Below are positions 30,910-40,592 of a DNA stretch of 64,000 nt, piece after piece. The number at the start of each line of letters is the position of its first letter. Positions within the stretch are counted from its first letter, which is position 1. Origin of the DNA: an uncultured Dialister sp. (GTDB taxonomy: Bacteria > Bacillota > Negativicutes > Veillonellales > Dialisteraceae). The stretch covers positions 283 to 64,282 of the forward strand of contig UQQQ01000003.1 of the NCBI GenBank assembly GCA_900543165.1. The letters run 5' to 3'. Below the pieces are notes generated by a model. The model saw only the letters and a list, made by a program, of their open reading frames with translations, was not told the DNA's origin and did not search any database. Position numbers and translations under genes: made by a program.

Positions 30910-31794
30910 TTGAATACTCGAATCAAAGGCATCCTGCAGTGCGCGCTGGGCGCGCTTTGCTGGGGCGCGAGCGGGATCGCGGGGCAGTACCTGCTCGTGA
31001 ATCGCGACATCGCCCCGGAGTGGTTGACTTTCTGCCGACTGTTGTCAGCAGGTGTGCTGCTCCTTTTTATTTTTTCACTGACAGGGCAAACGAGCATCTG
31101 GCCGATATGGCAAAATAAAAAAGACCGGATACGGATCCTGGTCTTTGGCATGCTGGGAATGATCTGGACGCAGTACGGCTATTTTGCTGCCATCAAGTAC
31201 AGCAATGCGCCGACGGCAACGGTTCTGGAATATCTGATGCCGATCCTCATCATCTTCTGGTACTGCCTCTCGGAGAAGCGTCTGCCGCGCCTGATGGAGA
31301 TTCTCTGTACGGCCTTTGCCTTCGTGGGTACCGTGCTCATCGCGACACATGGAAATTTTGGCAGCCTCGCGCTGTCTGAAAAGGCACTCTTCTGGGGCCT
31401 CTTGGCCGCGGTGGCGTGCGCGCTCTATACGGTAGAGCCGGTCGGCATAATCAGGAGGTACGGCGCGCCCATCGTCGTGGGCTGGGGCATGGTCATCGCG
31501 GGGCTCTCTTTCCTGCCCTTCATGGGGCTCTTTCCCTTCACCGGTATGGTGGATCTACCCGTCAGCCTGGCCTTCCTTTTCGTGGTCATCATTGGCACGA
31601 TCTGTTCCTTCGTCCTCTATCTGGGAAGTACGAAATATATTTCACCCGCTGAAGCCAGTATCATCGCAGCCTTAGAGCCACTCTCCTCCATTCTCCTCGC
31701 CTTCGCTATCTTCGGGCAGGACTTCGGCTTCTTCGAGCTTCTCGGTATGGCACTCATCATCGCTGCCGTCGGCGTGGTGAGTTTGCATCAGTGA
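30910..31794 (+). CDS. EamA/DMT-family transporter.
   Basis: 10-TM protein. Putative TTG start at 30910 with GGAGG 6 nt upstream. The upstream in-frame ORF is repeat sequence. The stop TGA is part of CAGTGACTAGTGACTGG. Confidence 0.6.
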   Translation: MNTRIKGILQCALGALCWGASGIAGQYLLVNRDIAPEWLTFCRLLSAGVLLLFIFSLTGQTSIWPIWQNKKDRIRILVFGMLGMIWTQYGYFAAIKYSNAPTATVLEYLMPILIIFWYCLSEKRLPRLMEILCTAFAFVGTVLIATHGNFGSLALSEKALFWGLLAAVACALYTVEPVGIIRRYGAPIVVGWGMVIAGLSFLPFMGLFPFTGMVDLPVSLAFLFVVIIGTICSFVLYLGSTKYISPAEASIIAALEPLSSILLAFAIFGQDFGFFELLGMALIIAAVGVVSLHQ

Positions 31795-32075
31795 CTAGTG
31801 ACTGGAGTGACTAAATACCGCTTCTGGCAGCGCCCTTTATAAAAATCGGCGCGAAACGTCGCACTTCTTAGCCTTCCCCATCGGGGAAGGGGGACCGCCT
31901 GCGGTGGATAGGGTGCTTTCGTAAACAGCACACTTGAGACGCTTTTCCCCACTCTCTTTCATACCGCTAGTGCCCTATCCGCCCCTTCGGGGCACCTTCC
32001 CCTCGAGGGGAAGGCTGGCGATGCAGGATAATCATCAACTAAAAAGGCGGCGAAGCCGCCACCTGAACCCATCAA

Positions 32076-32110
32076 TAAAAAAAGTTGTAGACAAAGTCTA
32101 CAGCCTTTTT
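32076..32110. terminator. Bidirectional terminator abutting the nitroreductase stop codon.
   Basis: TTGTAGACAAAGTCTACAG hairpin with A/T runs. Confidence 0.55.
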
Positions 32111-32745
32111 TATTTCAGCATAGCCTTCCATTCTTCGGAGTAATCGCCGCGGTATTCGACGACTTCTTCGAGAGGTTTTCTGGGCATCGGCTTGACTTCC
32201 TTGTCGGTGTAGCCGAAAGCGATGGCAGCGACCATTTCCCCCTCTTCGCCGAGCCAATCCTTCAGCTCATCGTAAGCGAAGAAGACGTTGCAGGTCCAGA
32301 GGCTGCCGATGTCATGCGCCGTCGCTTCGAGGCACATGTTCTGGATCGCTGCGCTGATGGACTGGACATCCGCGAGCTCCATCATGTACTGGTCGCTGGT
32401 GTAGGACTTACGGTAGTCATTGCCTTTGGTATTGATGACAAAGACGATGACCGGTGCCTGTTCCAGCACGCGTGCGGTGTAGATGGCAGATGGGATGAAT
32501 TTCTCATAGCCCTTGCTGAAAATGGCCGTCTCGTCGCCCTTGCGGTTTCTCATGATGCCTTCCTTCAGGCGCTTCACCATGACTTTGCGTTCCTGTCCGC
32601 GGATGACGACGAATTTCCACGGCTGGGCATTTTTTTCGGATGGTGCCCAAAGTCCGGCGGTCAGGATCTCATCCAGATCTTCCTGCGGGATCGGCTTCTG
32701 CAGGAAATGACGGATGCTTCTTCTTTTGACGATTTCTTCTATCAC
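32110..32745 (-). CDS. Nitroreductase-family protein.
   Basis: MIEEIVKRRSIRHFLQKPIPQEDLDEILTAGLWAPSEKNAQPWKFVVI... GTG start with AGGAG. Confidence 0.7.
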   Translation of the reverse strand: MIEEIVKRRSIRHFLQKPIPQEDLDEILTAGLWAPSEKNAQPWKFVVIRGQERKVMVKRLKEGIMRNRKGDETAIFSKGYEKFIPSAIYTARVLEQAPVIVFVINTKGNDYRKSYTSDQYMMELADVQSISAAIQNMCLEATAHDIGSLWTCNVFFAYDELKDWLGEEGEMVAAIAFGYTDKEVKPMPRKPLEEVVEYRGDYSEEWKAMLK

Positions 32746-33297
32746 TCTGTGGTTCTCCTCTATCTCTGATAAAACAACATAGAATTTATTATATGTAATT
32801 CGCTGGAAGAAATCAAGAAGGAAATAGACTGGAAGTCGAGAAAGTGGTTGTCAGGTTGAGCGGGGAAAGGTGGCGGCTTCGCCGCATGTTAGAGGATGGT
32901 ATGCCCGTATCGTCAGCCTTCCCCTCGAGGGGAAGGTGCCCCGAAGGGGCGGATAGGGCACAGGCGGCATGAAAGGCGGGTGATGCAGATGGAAAAACGT
33001 TTTTGCACAAATCACTGCTAACGAAAGCACCCTATCCACCGCTGACGCGGTTCCCCTTCCCCGATGGGGAAGGCTAAGCAGAGCGGCGCTTCGCACCGAG
33101 TATAAAAAGGGCGATGCCCGAAGCGTTCTTGGGGAGCGGGTTTCCCGTTTGTGTTTCCTGTCATCGACCGCCTGACCGCGAATAAAAAAGATTTCTCGCT
33201 GGCGCTCGAAATGACGATACAAGAGAGTCCCTAATCCCTAATCCCTAGCCACTAGCTACCAGTCACCAGTCACAAGTCACTCATCCCCAGTCCCCAG

Positions 33298-33768
33298 TCA
33301 CTGATACTGCCCGATCGCCTGCTGCATTTTTTCGGCGCTGTCCATGAGGTGATTGGCTTTCTCCATGAGCGCATCCATGCGGGGGTCTTTGTCTTCGGTG
33401 ACCGTTGCGCCGCTTGCAAGGATACCGGCAGACAAATTTCCGCCCGAGATTTTGACATAGGTGTCGCCGATGAGGCCGGAAGTGGTGATGGAGAATGCCG
33501 CATCCTTGGGGATCATGGCTTTCTGATTGATTTCCAGATGAAGGACGGCCTTGCCTTTTTCGATGGTGATGGCTTTCAGCCGCCCGACCTTGACGCCGGC
33601 GTGGAGCACGGAAGCCCCCGGCGTGATGCCCTGCGCATCATCGAAGACAGCATAGACGGGAAAGGTGGTAGGGAAGAGCCGTTCCATCGGATGCAGAAGG
33701 AGCGCAGCGATGTCGATGGCAAGAAAGAGGAGAAGGGCAGTCATGCCGATTTTGGTTTCTTTGGTCAT
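33298..33768 (-). CDS. MlaD/MCE-domain protein.
   Basis: N-terminal TM helix plus MCE domain (…VGRLKAITIEKGKAVLHLEINQKAMIPKDAAFSITTSGLIGDTYVKISGG…). Confidence 0.6.
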   Translation of the reverse strand: MTKETKIGMTALLLFLAIDIAALLLHPMERLFPTTFPVYAVFDDAQGITPGASVLHAGVKVGRLKAITIEKGKAVLHLEINQKAMIPKDAAFSITTSGLIGDTYVKISGGNLSAGILASGATVTEDKDPRMDALMEKANHLMDSAEKMQQAIGQYQ

Positions 33769-33799
33769 GATGGGGATCCTTTTTGCGAAATAGTAAGGC

Positions 33800-34490
33800 T
33801 GGCGGGGGTTAGCCCTTGGGGCGTGCCGTTCCTTGATTACGTTTGAAAGCCTCGATTGAATGAGAAATTAGAAATGAGAAATACGAAATGGTGGTGCGGC
33901 GCATAAAAACAGGGAAGCGCCGCAGAGTATAGATAATGGCGATGCCCGAAGGTGGTATTTAGTCACCAGTCACTAGTCACTCCTAATCCCTAGTCACTAG
34001 CTACCAGTCCCCAGTCACCAGTCACTTCTCCTCATTATACCCTCTTTTCCCTTCTTGTGCTAAAATAGGATGGAATGGCAAAAGAGCTTTTGCCATTCGG
34101 TATAATCGTTTCGGCCCGGGACAGTGTCTGTTCACGGGTCAGGTGAATTCTATATCGCCAGAGATATAGAAAGCGCAGCATAGAGATGGAGTTAGAAGTT
34201 AGAAGTGGTGGTGGTGGCGGCTTCGCCGCAATTATATATAGGGTGATGCCCGCTTGTGTCTTTCAAGCCTTAAAAACAAGGTTTGAAAGCAGGGATGAGT
34301 GGCTAGGGATTAGGGATGAGAAGCAAGCGGTGATTGAAGTAGCGCAGTTAGCGCGCTGACCGTTCTGCAAGGAGGATCTCTCGGCTACGCTCGAGATGAC
34401 GATGCGCGTGAAGCGCTATTAAAACTCCGCGGTGCTCTATTATTTTTTTGCGCCGCTCCTGCATTTCTCATTTCTAATTAGCTCTCTATG
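33800..34490. repeat. Composite repeat block upstream of the McrBC-like module.
   Basis: Module A, heptamers, GGTGGCGGCTTCGCCGC hairpins and a partial TCTCGGCTACGCTCGAGATGACG module. Confidence 0.75.
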
Positions 34491-34513
34491 CTGCCAACGA
34501 AAGAAGGATGCAT

Positions 34514-36670
34514 ATGGCAAACATGTATATGAATGATTCGTATTCAGCTGTCCGTCAGGCGGATGGCAAGGTGCTCGGGCGGGTGCGTGCTGTGGTGAAG
34601 AGCGCGACGCCGCAGGCGGGGGTGAAGGATTTCCGTTTCTTTGTGGATCCTGTCTCGCCGCTGCCTAAGGGATTCGATGATGGAGAAAAATTCGGCTTCA
34701 CGGGCTTCATGAGCCGTATCGGCTTCGGATACAATTCATTCGCCGATGAGGAGTCGGCACTGGCGAATCTGGAGTCCGTCTTCGGGGATTGTTTCGTGTC
34801 GTTTACACCGTCGCTCCGCAATAACAGGTACTTTGTGCTGGATGATATGGTGAAGGAGGCGGGGACGCCCTTCATGGAGGAGGACCGGAATTATTATCCG
34901 GTGCCGGCTTTCGGCACGGAGGAGATGCCGGTCTTTGATGGGGATATCAATAAGTTCTGCCATCATCTGCTGACGGATCGGCCGCTGCCGGGGCTGTCGA
35001 AGCGTTACTGGAATAATGATGTGCCGCCGCGGCTCATTGTGGCGGCGACGCGCAATTATGAGAATAAGATCGGGTCGTGGGTGGTCTTTGCGCCGCTGTA
35101 TGATGAGGCCTTCGATTCCCGCGTGATCGGGGAGGGCGGAGCGTATTTCCGTGTGAAGAACCGCGGTCAGCTGGGGTATGCGGTGGTGGACGGACAGAAT
35201 TCGGAGCTTTCCTCGCACATCCTTCGCTGCGCGGAGAGTCCGCTCTGGTTCGTACCGGAGGTATTTCTGGCGGATCTCAGGCTGAATCTGAAGCCTGTGC
35301 CGCGGGATGCAGATCTCTTGAAGGACTGCGGGGTCGCGGTGAATCCTTTCGCAGATGAGATGGACGAGGGGGAGCCGGGCCATGAGGTGCGTGAGCAGAT
35401 GACGCAGAAGGCGCTCGATGATCTGGTGCAGAGCCTTGGCATCGGTGCTTCGAGTGAAGAGGCGTATGCCCCGAGAAGAAATCGGCGGGATCCCCGTCTC
35501 TCCCATGAGGCAGAGGCGATAGAGAAGGCGCCTGCCTTTGAGGAAATGCATCAGGAGTCGGCAGCGCCGGTGAAAGAGAGGCCGAAGGCGTTCACGGAGG
35601 CGGATTTCCTCGCCCGCCTGAAGGAGGCGGCGGAAAATGACGGGCTCCTCTATGCAGAGAAGGATCTGTTCCATTTCCATATCTCCATGAAGTCGTCCCG
35701 TCTGGTCATCCTTGCCGGGAAAAGCGGGATCGGCAAGTCCGGCCTGGTGCGTCTTTACGGGCGTGCGCTGGGGCTGCCCGAGGCGCAGGTGCGTTTCCTG
35801 CCGGTCCGTCCGTCGTGGATGGATGACGGGGATGTCCTGGGCTATGTGGATATGAAAAATATGGTGTACCGCAGCGCGGACACGGGGCTCGCTGAGCTTC
35901 TGATCGACGCGGCGGCGCATCCGGAGAAGCAGTACATCGTCTGCTTCGATGAGATGAATCTGGCGCGCGTGGAGCATTATTTCGCACAGTTCATTTCTGT
36001 GCTGGAGAAAGAGGATCATCCGATGATCCGTCTGTACAATCCGTCGCTCGCCCCGCGGCTCTACAACAGCGAGAAGTATCCGCCGGAGATCCCGGTGGGG
36101 AGCAATGTGCTTTTCACAGGGACGGTGAATGTGGATGAGTCCACTTGCCATTTCTCGGATAAGATCCTCGATCGTGCGAATGTGATCACGCTCAGCCAGT
36201 GCCATTTCCGTGATCTGCTGAAGCTGAAGCCGCAAGAAAGAAAGGCGTACAAGGAAATCACGGCCAAGGCGTATGATGATTTCCGCGTGAAGGAGGGGAT
36301 GGGGCTCAATGATCAGGAGCTCGACCTGCTGGATGCGCTGAATGATGCCTTCACGAAGAGCGGTATGCCGTATGGCATCGGCTTCCGCGTGGCGCAGCAG
36401 ATGGGACGCTATCTGGAGAATATTCCCGAGGAGGCGGGGATCAGCCGTGGAGACGGGCTCGATGCCCAGCTCGTGCAGCGCGTCTTCACGAAGCTTCGCG
36501 GCTCCGCTGACCAGCTGTCGGCGCTGCTCTCTCTTTCGGATAAGAATACGGCAGAGGGGCTGCTGCCGGCGATCCTTGTACGGTTTAAGGCGCTCTCGGA
36601 TTTTCAGGAATCTCAGGCCGTGCTGAAACGGAAAGCCGGGGAGCTGAAGCTCTATGACTACACCATGTAA
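34514..36670 (+). CDS. McrB-family AAA+ GTPase with a long (~380 aa) uncharacterised N-terminal domain.
   Basis: Walker A LAGKSGIGKSG, the McrB-type motif CFDEMNLARVEHYFAQFISVLE (compare IIDEINRAN), and ...NVLFTGTVNVDEST...SDKILDRANVITL (compare MNTADRS...ALRRRF). Start ATG 34514 with GAAGG 6 nt upstream. Confidence 0.7.
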   Translation: MANMYMNDSYSAVRQADGKVLGRVRAVVKSATPQAGVKDFRFFVDPVSPLPKGFDDGEKFGFTGFMSRIGFGYNSFADEESALANLESVFGDCFVSFTPSLRNNRYFVLDDMVKEAGTPFMEEDRNYYPVPAFGTEEMPVFDGDINKFCHHLLTDRPLPGLSKRYWNNDVPPRLIVAATRNYENKIGSWVVFAPLYDEAFDSRVIGEGGAYFRVKNRGQLGYAVVDGQNSELSSHILRCAESPLWFVPEVFLADLRLNLKPVPRDADLLKDCGVAVNPFADEMDEGEPGHEVREQMTQKALDDLVQSLGIGASSEEAYAPRRNRRDPRLSHEAEAIEKAPAFEEMHQESAAPVKERPKAFTEADFLARLKEAAENDGLLYAEKDLFHFHISMKSSRLVILAGKSGIGKSGLVRLYGRALGLPEAQVRFLPVRPSWMDDGDVLGYVDMKNMVYRSADTGLAELLIDAAAHPEKQYIVCFDEMNLARVEHYFAQFISVLEKEDHPMIRLYNPSLAPRLYNSEKYPPEIPVGSNVLFTGTVNVDESTCHFSDKILDRANVITLSQCHFRDLLKLKPQERKAYKEITAKAYDDFRVKEGMGLNDQELDLLDALNDAFTKSGMPYGIGFRVAQQMGRYLENIPEEAGISRGDGLDAQLVQRVFTKLRGSADQLSALLSLSDKNTAEGLLPAILVRFKALSDFQESQAVLKRKAGELKLYDYTM

Positions 36671-38372
36671 GCTGCCGTTCAGCGTGGCACTCGGCAAGCG
36701 GGAGGCGATGCGGCCTTTCACCCGCTTCACCACGCACCCGGAGGAGCTCAAGGATGCGCCGCCGGCGTGGCGCTTCACGGAGAATCAGGATCTCTACCTG
36801 CGCTTTGAGGCACCGATGGATTTCCGCTTCACCATGGATGGGCTCGACATCGTGACGATCCCCGGCGAAGAGCGATATGACGGAGAGACATGGGTCCGCC
36901 CGCGGCGCGCCTGGGATACGCTCCTCTTCAAGGGGGAGGATTTTCCCTTAGTCCCCGGCTACTATGTCCTGACCGTCACGGGACGCGGCGAGACATGGTA
37001 CAGCCTTCTGGAGATCACGCCCCGCTACATGGGCAAGCAGAGCTGGCAGGATATGGGCGAGGAGCTCTTGGAGGAAATCAAGCATCTGTCCTTCGATTTC
37101 ATGAAAAAGAGCATCCACATGTCGCGCGCGCTGGATATCAATCCCGATCTCCTGCTGCGCTTCTATACCATCAGCGACAAATCCCGCATGGTGCTGCATG
37201 TGCTGGGAGAGCTCGCCCGCACGGCAAACGGCCGCCTCGTGCGCCGGAAGAAACCAGCCCGCACAGCCGGCGTCTCTCCGGCGGCGTCGCACATCCCGCC
37301 CCAGTCCCTGCGCCCTTCGGCCGGGCAGCATCTGCTGTATACGGAAATGACCTACGATGTCGCGGAGAACCGTTTCGCCAAAGCCATCCTGCTTCGCCTC
37401 GCGAAGAATCTGCGAGACTTCGTCAGTGAAGTCGATGGATTCATCGCGCGCCTCGATGCCAGATGTCAGGCGCTCCTGCCGTACACGCAGAATCAGGAGT
37501 ACCGAAGAGGCGAGGCGGCGCTCGTCAAATTCCGCGACTATCGGAAACAGGCGCTCGCCATTCTTCGCGACATCGAGCGCGTCACCCGCGCGGCATGGTT
37601 CGAAGAAGCCGGCAGCCGGATGCCGCCTCTCATCCCCATGACCGTCCTCTGCGATCCGCGCTACTCGCTCCTCTACCATCTCCATCGGCATCTGGAGAAA
37701 CCGGAGGAAAGCTACTCGGTCGCTGATTTTTATCAGTTCCAGTGGAAACGGACGGATAAGCTCTACGAGCTCTGGGGATTTCTCCAATTTATCAAAGCCC
37801 TCTCCTCGCTGGGATGGGAGATGGAAGAAGGCATGTCCGTCATCAAAGAGGATGGCCGCTACCGCCTCTCCTCGCTGGAGTCCGGCGCCGTTATCACCAT
37901 GAAGAAGGGCGAAGAAGCGATCCGCCTCACCTACGACGGCATCGTCCCCGCTGCGTCCGCCGACACCGACCGCATGACCGCACCGCTCTACACCAATAAC
38001 GCCCACCGCCAGCCCGATCTTCGCATGGACTGCTATCAGGGGCACATGTACTGCGGCTGTCTGGTCGTCGACTTCAAGTACCGTGACATGCTCTTCCTAT
38101 GGAACGATGAAAACCGCGGCGAGGGATTGCGCCGCCAGTTCAACAGCTATCGCGATATGAATACAAAATTCTACCGCGACATGGATGAAACGCAGTCCCT
38201 CCGCGACAGCCGGCCAGTCAAGGAAGTCTGGGCTGTCTTCCCCAGAGAAGTCCCCGGCAGCAGCGATGAGGACTACAGCCTGAGATTCATCCCGCTCTCA
38301 CCGGGCAGCGAAAGCCGTCTGCCCCAGCTTTTGGAAGACTATCTGAAATCATTGGGGCTGGGCGGCGACTAG
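36654..38372 (+). CDS. McrC-like partner with a PD-(D/E)xK nuclease core (DUF2357-like).
   Basis: Overlaps the McrB-like stop by 17 nt (translational coupling). The C-terminal region has PDLRMD...VVDFKYRD, a PD...D/ExK motif. The TAG stop lies in GACTAGTGGCTGGTGACTAGG repeats. Confidence 0.6.
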   Translation: MTTPCKLPFSVALGKREAMRPFTRFTTHPEELKDAPPAWRFTENQDLYLRFEAPMDFRFTMDGLDIVTIPGEERYDGETWVRPRRAWDTLLFKGEDFPLVPGYYVLTVTGRGETWYSLLEITPRYMGKQSWQDMGEELLEEIKHLSFDFMKKSIHMSRALDINPDLLLRFYTISDKSRMVLHVLGELARTANGRLVRRKKPARTAGVSPAASHIPPQSLRPSAGQHLLYTEMTYDVAENRFAKAILLRLAKNLRDFVSEVDGFIARLDARCQALLPYTQNQEYRRGEAALVKFRDYRKQALAILRDIERVTRAAWFEEAGSRMPPLIPMTVLCDPRYSLLYHLHRHLEKPEESYSVADFYQFQWKRTDKLYELWGFLQFIKALSSLGWEMEEGMSVIKEDGRYRLSSLESGAVITMKKGEEAIRLTYDGIVPAASADTDRMTAPLYTNNAHRQPDLRMDCYQGHMYCGCLVVDFKYRDMLFLWNDENRGEGLRRQFNSYRDMNTKFYRDMDETQSLRDSRPVKEVWAVFPREVPGSSDEDYSLRFIPLSPGSESRLPQLLEDYLKSLGLGGD

Positions 38373-38879
38373 TGGCTGGTGACTAGGGACTAAGAGACCA
38401 GGAGACATCAGACGTTCTCGTATCGTCATTTCGAGCGAAGCGAGAAATCTTTCTTGTAGTCCGATAAACGACGCACTTGAGATGCATTTCCCCGCGCTCT
38501 TTCATGCCGCCAGTGCCCTATCCGCCCCTACGGGGCAGCTTCCCCTCGAGGGGAAGGCTGACGATACGAGGGAAACCTGCTATCAAGAGACTTTCGGGCA
38601 TCGCCATTATTTATACGGCGGCAAAGCCGCCACCATAAGTTTGAAAGCAGGGATGAGTAGCTAGTGACTAGTGACTGGTAGCTAGGGATTAGGTTTGCGA
38701 TACGAGAAAACCGCTAGTTTCAAATCTCCGCGGCGCTTCCATATTTTTATGCGCCGCACCACCATTTCGCATTTCTCATTTCTAATTTCTCATTCAATCG
38801 AGGCTTTCAAACGTAATCAAGGGGTGAGCCGCCCCCAGGGCTAACCCTGAACCTTGAACCTTTTTCCTCAGGAGCATCT

Positions 38880-39488
38880 ATGACCATTTACGGACCCTAT
38901 AAAGCCTCTCTCAAAGCTGTCATGGACGGCTTTGCGCAGGGCATCCGCGCCTACAGCGAGGCAGAAAAAGAGAAGACGGGAGAGATGCTTTACGAGCATC
39001 TCTCGTATCGTCTGAAAGCAGAAGACAGCATGAAGGAGAAGCTCACGCGGAAAGGATTTCCCCTCACCGCCGAGTCTGCCTGCTATGCCGTGAAGGATGC
39101 CATCGGATTCCGCATGGTGTGCCGCTTTGTGGATGACATTTATGAAAACGTCTCCCGCTTGAAAGCCCTCCCCGGTGTCGTTGTCGCAAAAGAAAAGGAC
39201 TATATCAAAAACGTCAAACCCAATGGCTACCGCAGCTATCATATGATCCTGGATGTCACCGCTCCCTATGAAGATGCGAAGGGCAGAAATCCGGGGCATT
39301 TCTTCATCGAGATCCAGCTCCGCACCATCGCGATGGACTCATGGGCGGCGCTCGAGCATGAAATGAAGTACAAGCACGAGGTGGAAAATGCGGCGCTCAT
39401 CAGCCGCGAGCTCAAGCGTTGCGCCGATGAACTCGCTTCCTGTGACCTCTCCATGCAGACGATACGGAATCTGATAAGGAAGACATGA
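38880..39488 (+). CDS. Small alarmone synthetase (RelA/SpoT synthetase-domain, RelP/RelQ-like).
   Basis: …DAIGFRMVCRFVDDIYE…NGYRSYHMILDV…FFIEIQLRTIAMDSWAALEH… 202 aa. Confidence 0.7.
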   Translation: MTIYGPYKASLKAVMDGFAQGIRAYSEAEKEKTGEMLYEHLSYRLKAEDSMKEKLTRKGFPLTAESACYAVKDAIGFRMVCRFVDDIYENVSRLKALPGVVVAKEKDYIKNVKPNGYRSYHMILDVTAPYEDAKGRNPGHFFIEIQLRTIAMDSWAALEHEMKYKHEVENAALISRELKRCADELASCDLSMQTIRNLIRKT

Positions 39489-39595
39489 CTGGTAGCTGGT
39501 GGCTGGTGACTAGTCCCTGGTCCCTAGTCCCTAGTCACTAGTCACTTCTATCCCCTAATCCCCACCCTCTTATATTTTTTACTGAGGTCAAACCT

Positions 39596-40270
39596 ATGAA
39601 AATCCTGCTTGCTGAAGATGAAAAAGCATTATCCGATGCCGAAGTCGCGGTGCTCCGTCACTTCGGCTATGAGGTCGATGCGGCCTATGACGGTCTCTCT
39701 GCCTGGCAGATGGCGGAGCGCGAAGCGTATGACTGCATCGTTCTTGATATTATGATGCCGAAAATGAATGGCATCGAAGTCCTTGCCAAGCTCCGCGAGA
39801 GCGGCAGCACGGTGCCGATCATCATGCTCACCGCGAAGACCGAGGTCGATGACCGCATCGCAGGTCTTGATGCGGGCGCAGATGATTACCTGACGAAGCC
39901 CTTCGCGATGGGCGAATTTCTGGCGCGCATCCGCTCGATGACCCGCCGCGCGAATGCCTTCACCCCCGCCGTCCTTTCAGCAGGCGGCGTTACGCTCAAT
40001 GTCGAAGAGCAGGAGCTCTCGGCGGAAAGCGCGATCCGTCTTGGCAGCAAGGAGACAAAGCTCATGAAGTATTTCATGATGAATGCCGGCAAAGCACTCA
40101 CACAGGAGGAGATCCTGCGCTATGTGTGGAGCGATGAGCCTGACGTACCGGCAGATATCGTGTGGATGTATATTTCCTTCCTGAAAGAAAAGCTCGCCGC
40201 CGTCCGAGGCAAGGCGGTGATCGAAGGGGAGAAGGAAGGCCCTTTTGCGCTGCGCGCGATGGGGGATTAG
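39596..40270 (+). CDS. OmpR-family response regulator.
   Basis: Receiver domain (…VLDIMMPKMNGIEVL…MLTAKT…) plus winged-helix C-terminus. TAG stop inside GGGATTAGGAGTGACTGG. Confidence 0.8.
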   Translation: MKILLAEDEKALSDAEVAVLRHFGYEVDAAYDGLSAWQMAEREAYDCIVLDIMMPKMNGIEVLAKLRESGSTVPIIMLTAKTEVDDRIAGLDAGADDYLTKPFAMGEFLARIRSMTRRANAFTPAVLSAGGVTLNVEEQELSAESAIRLGSKETKLMKYFMMNAGKALTQEEILRYVWSDEPDVPADIVWMYISFLKEKLAAVRGKAVIEGEKEGPFALRAMGD

Positions 40271-40592
40271 GAGTGACTGGTGACTGGGAGACTAGGAGAC
40301 TGTAGGCTCTCTCGTATCGTCATTTCGAGCGAAGCCCTCGAATCTTTGTCATTTGCGGTCCGGCAGTCGATGTTTGGAACTCCCAAATGGGAAACCTGTT
40401 ACCCACTCACTTTCGGGCATCGCCCTATTTATACTCGCGGCGCTTTATAATTTTTATGCGCCGCACCACCATTTCGCATTTCTCATTTCTAATTTCTCAT
40501 TCAATCGAGGCTTTCAAACGTAATCAAGGGGTGCCCCGCCCCAGGCTAACCCTGAACCCTTTTTGTTATCCAATGTGCCAAGGACCTCATTC

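Noticed and set aside
34736-36778. 680-aa minus-strand ORF antisense to the McrB-like gene, and other antisense ORFs (19260..20525 + opposite larA; 42288..43382 + opposite Fe-ADH; 50326..50997 −).
   Set aside because: Junk-like composition (R/H/L/P rich). Each overlaps a well-supported gene on the other strand.
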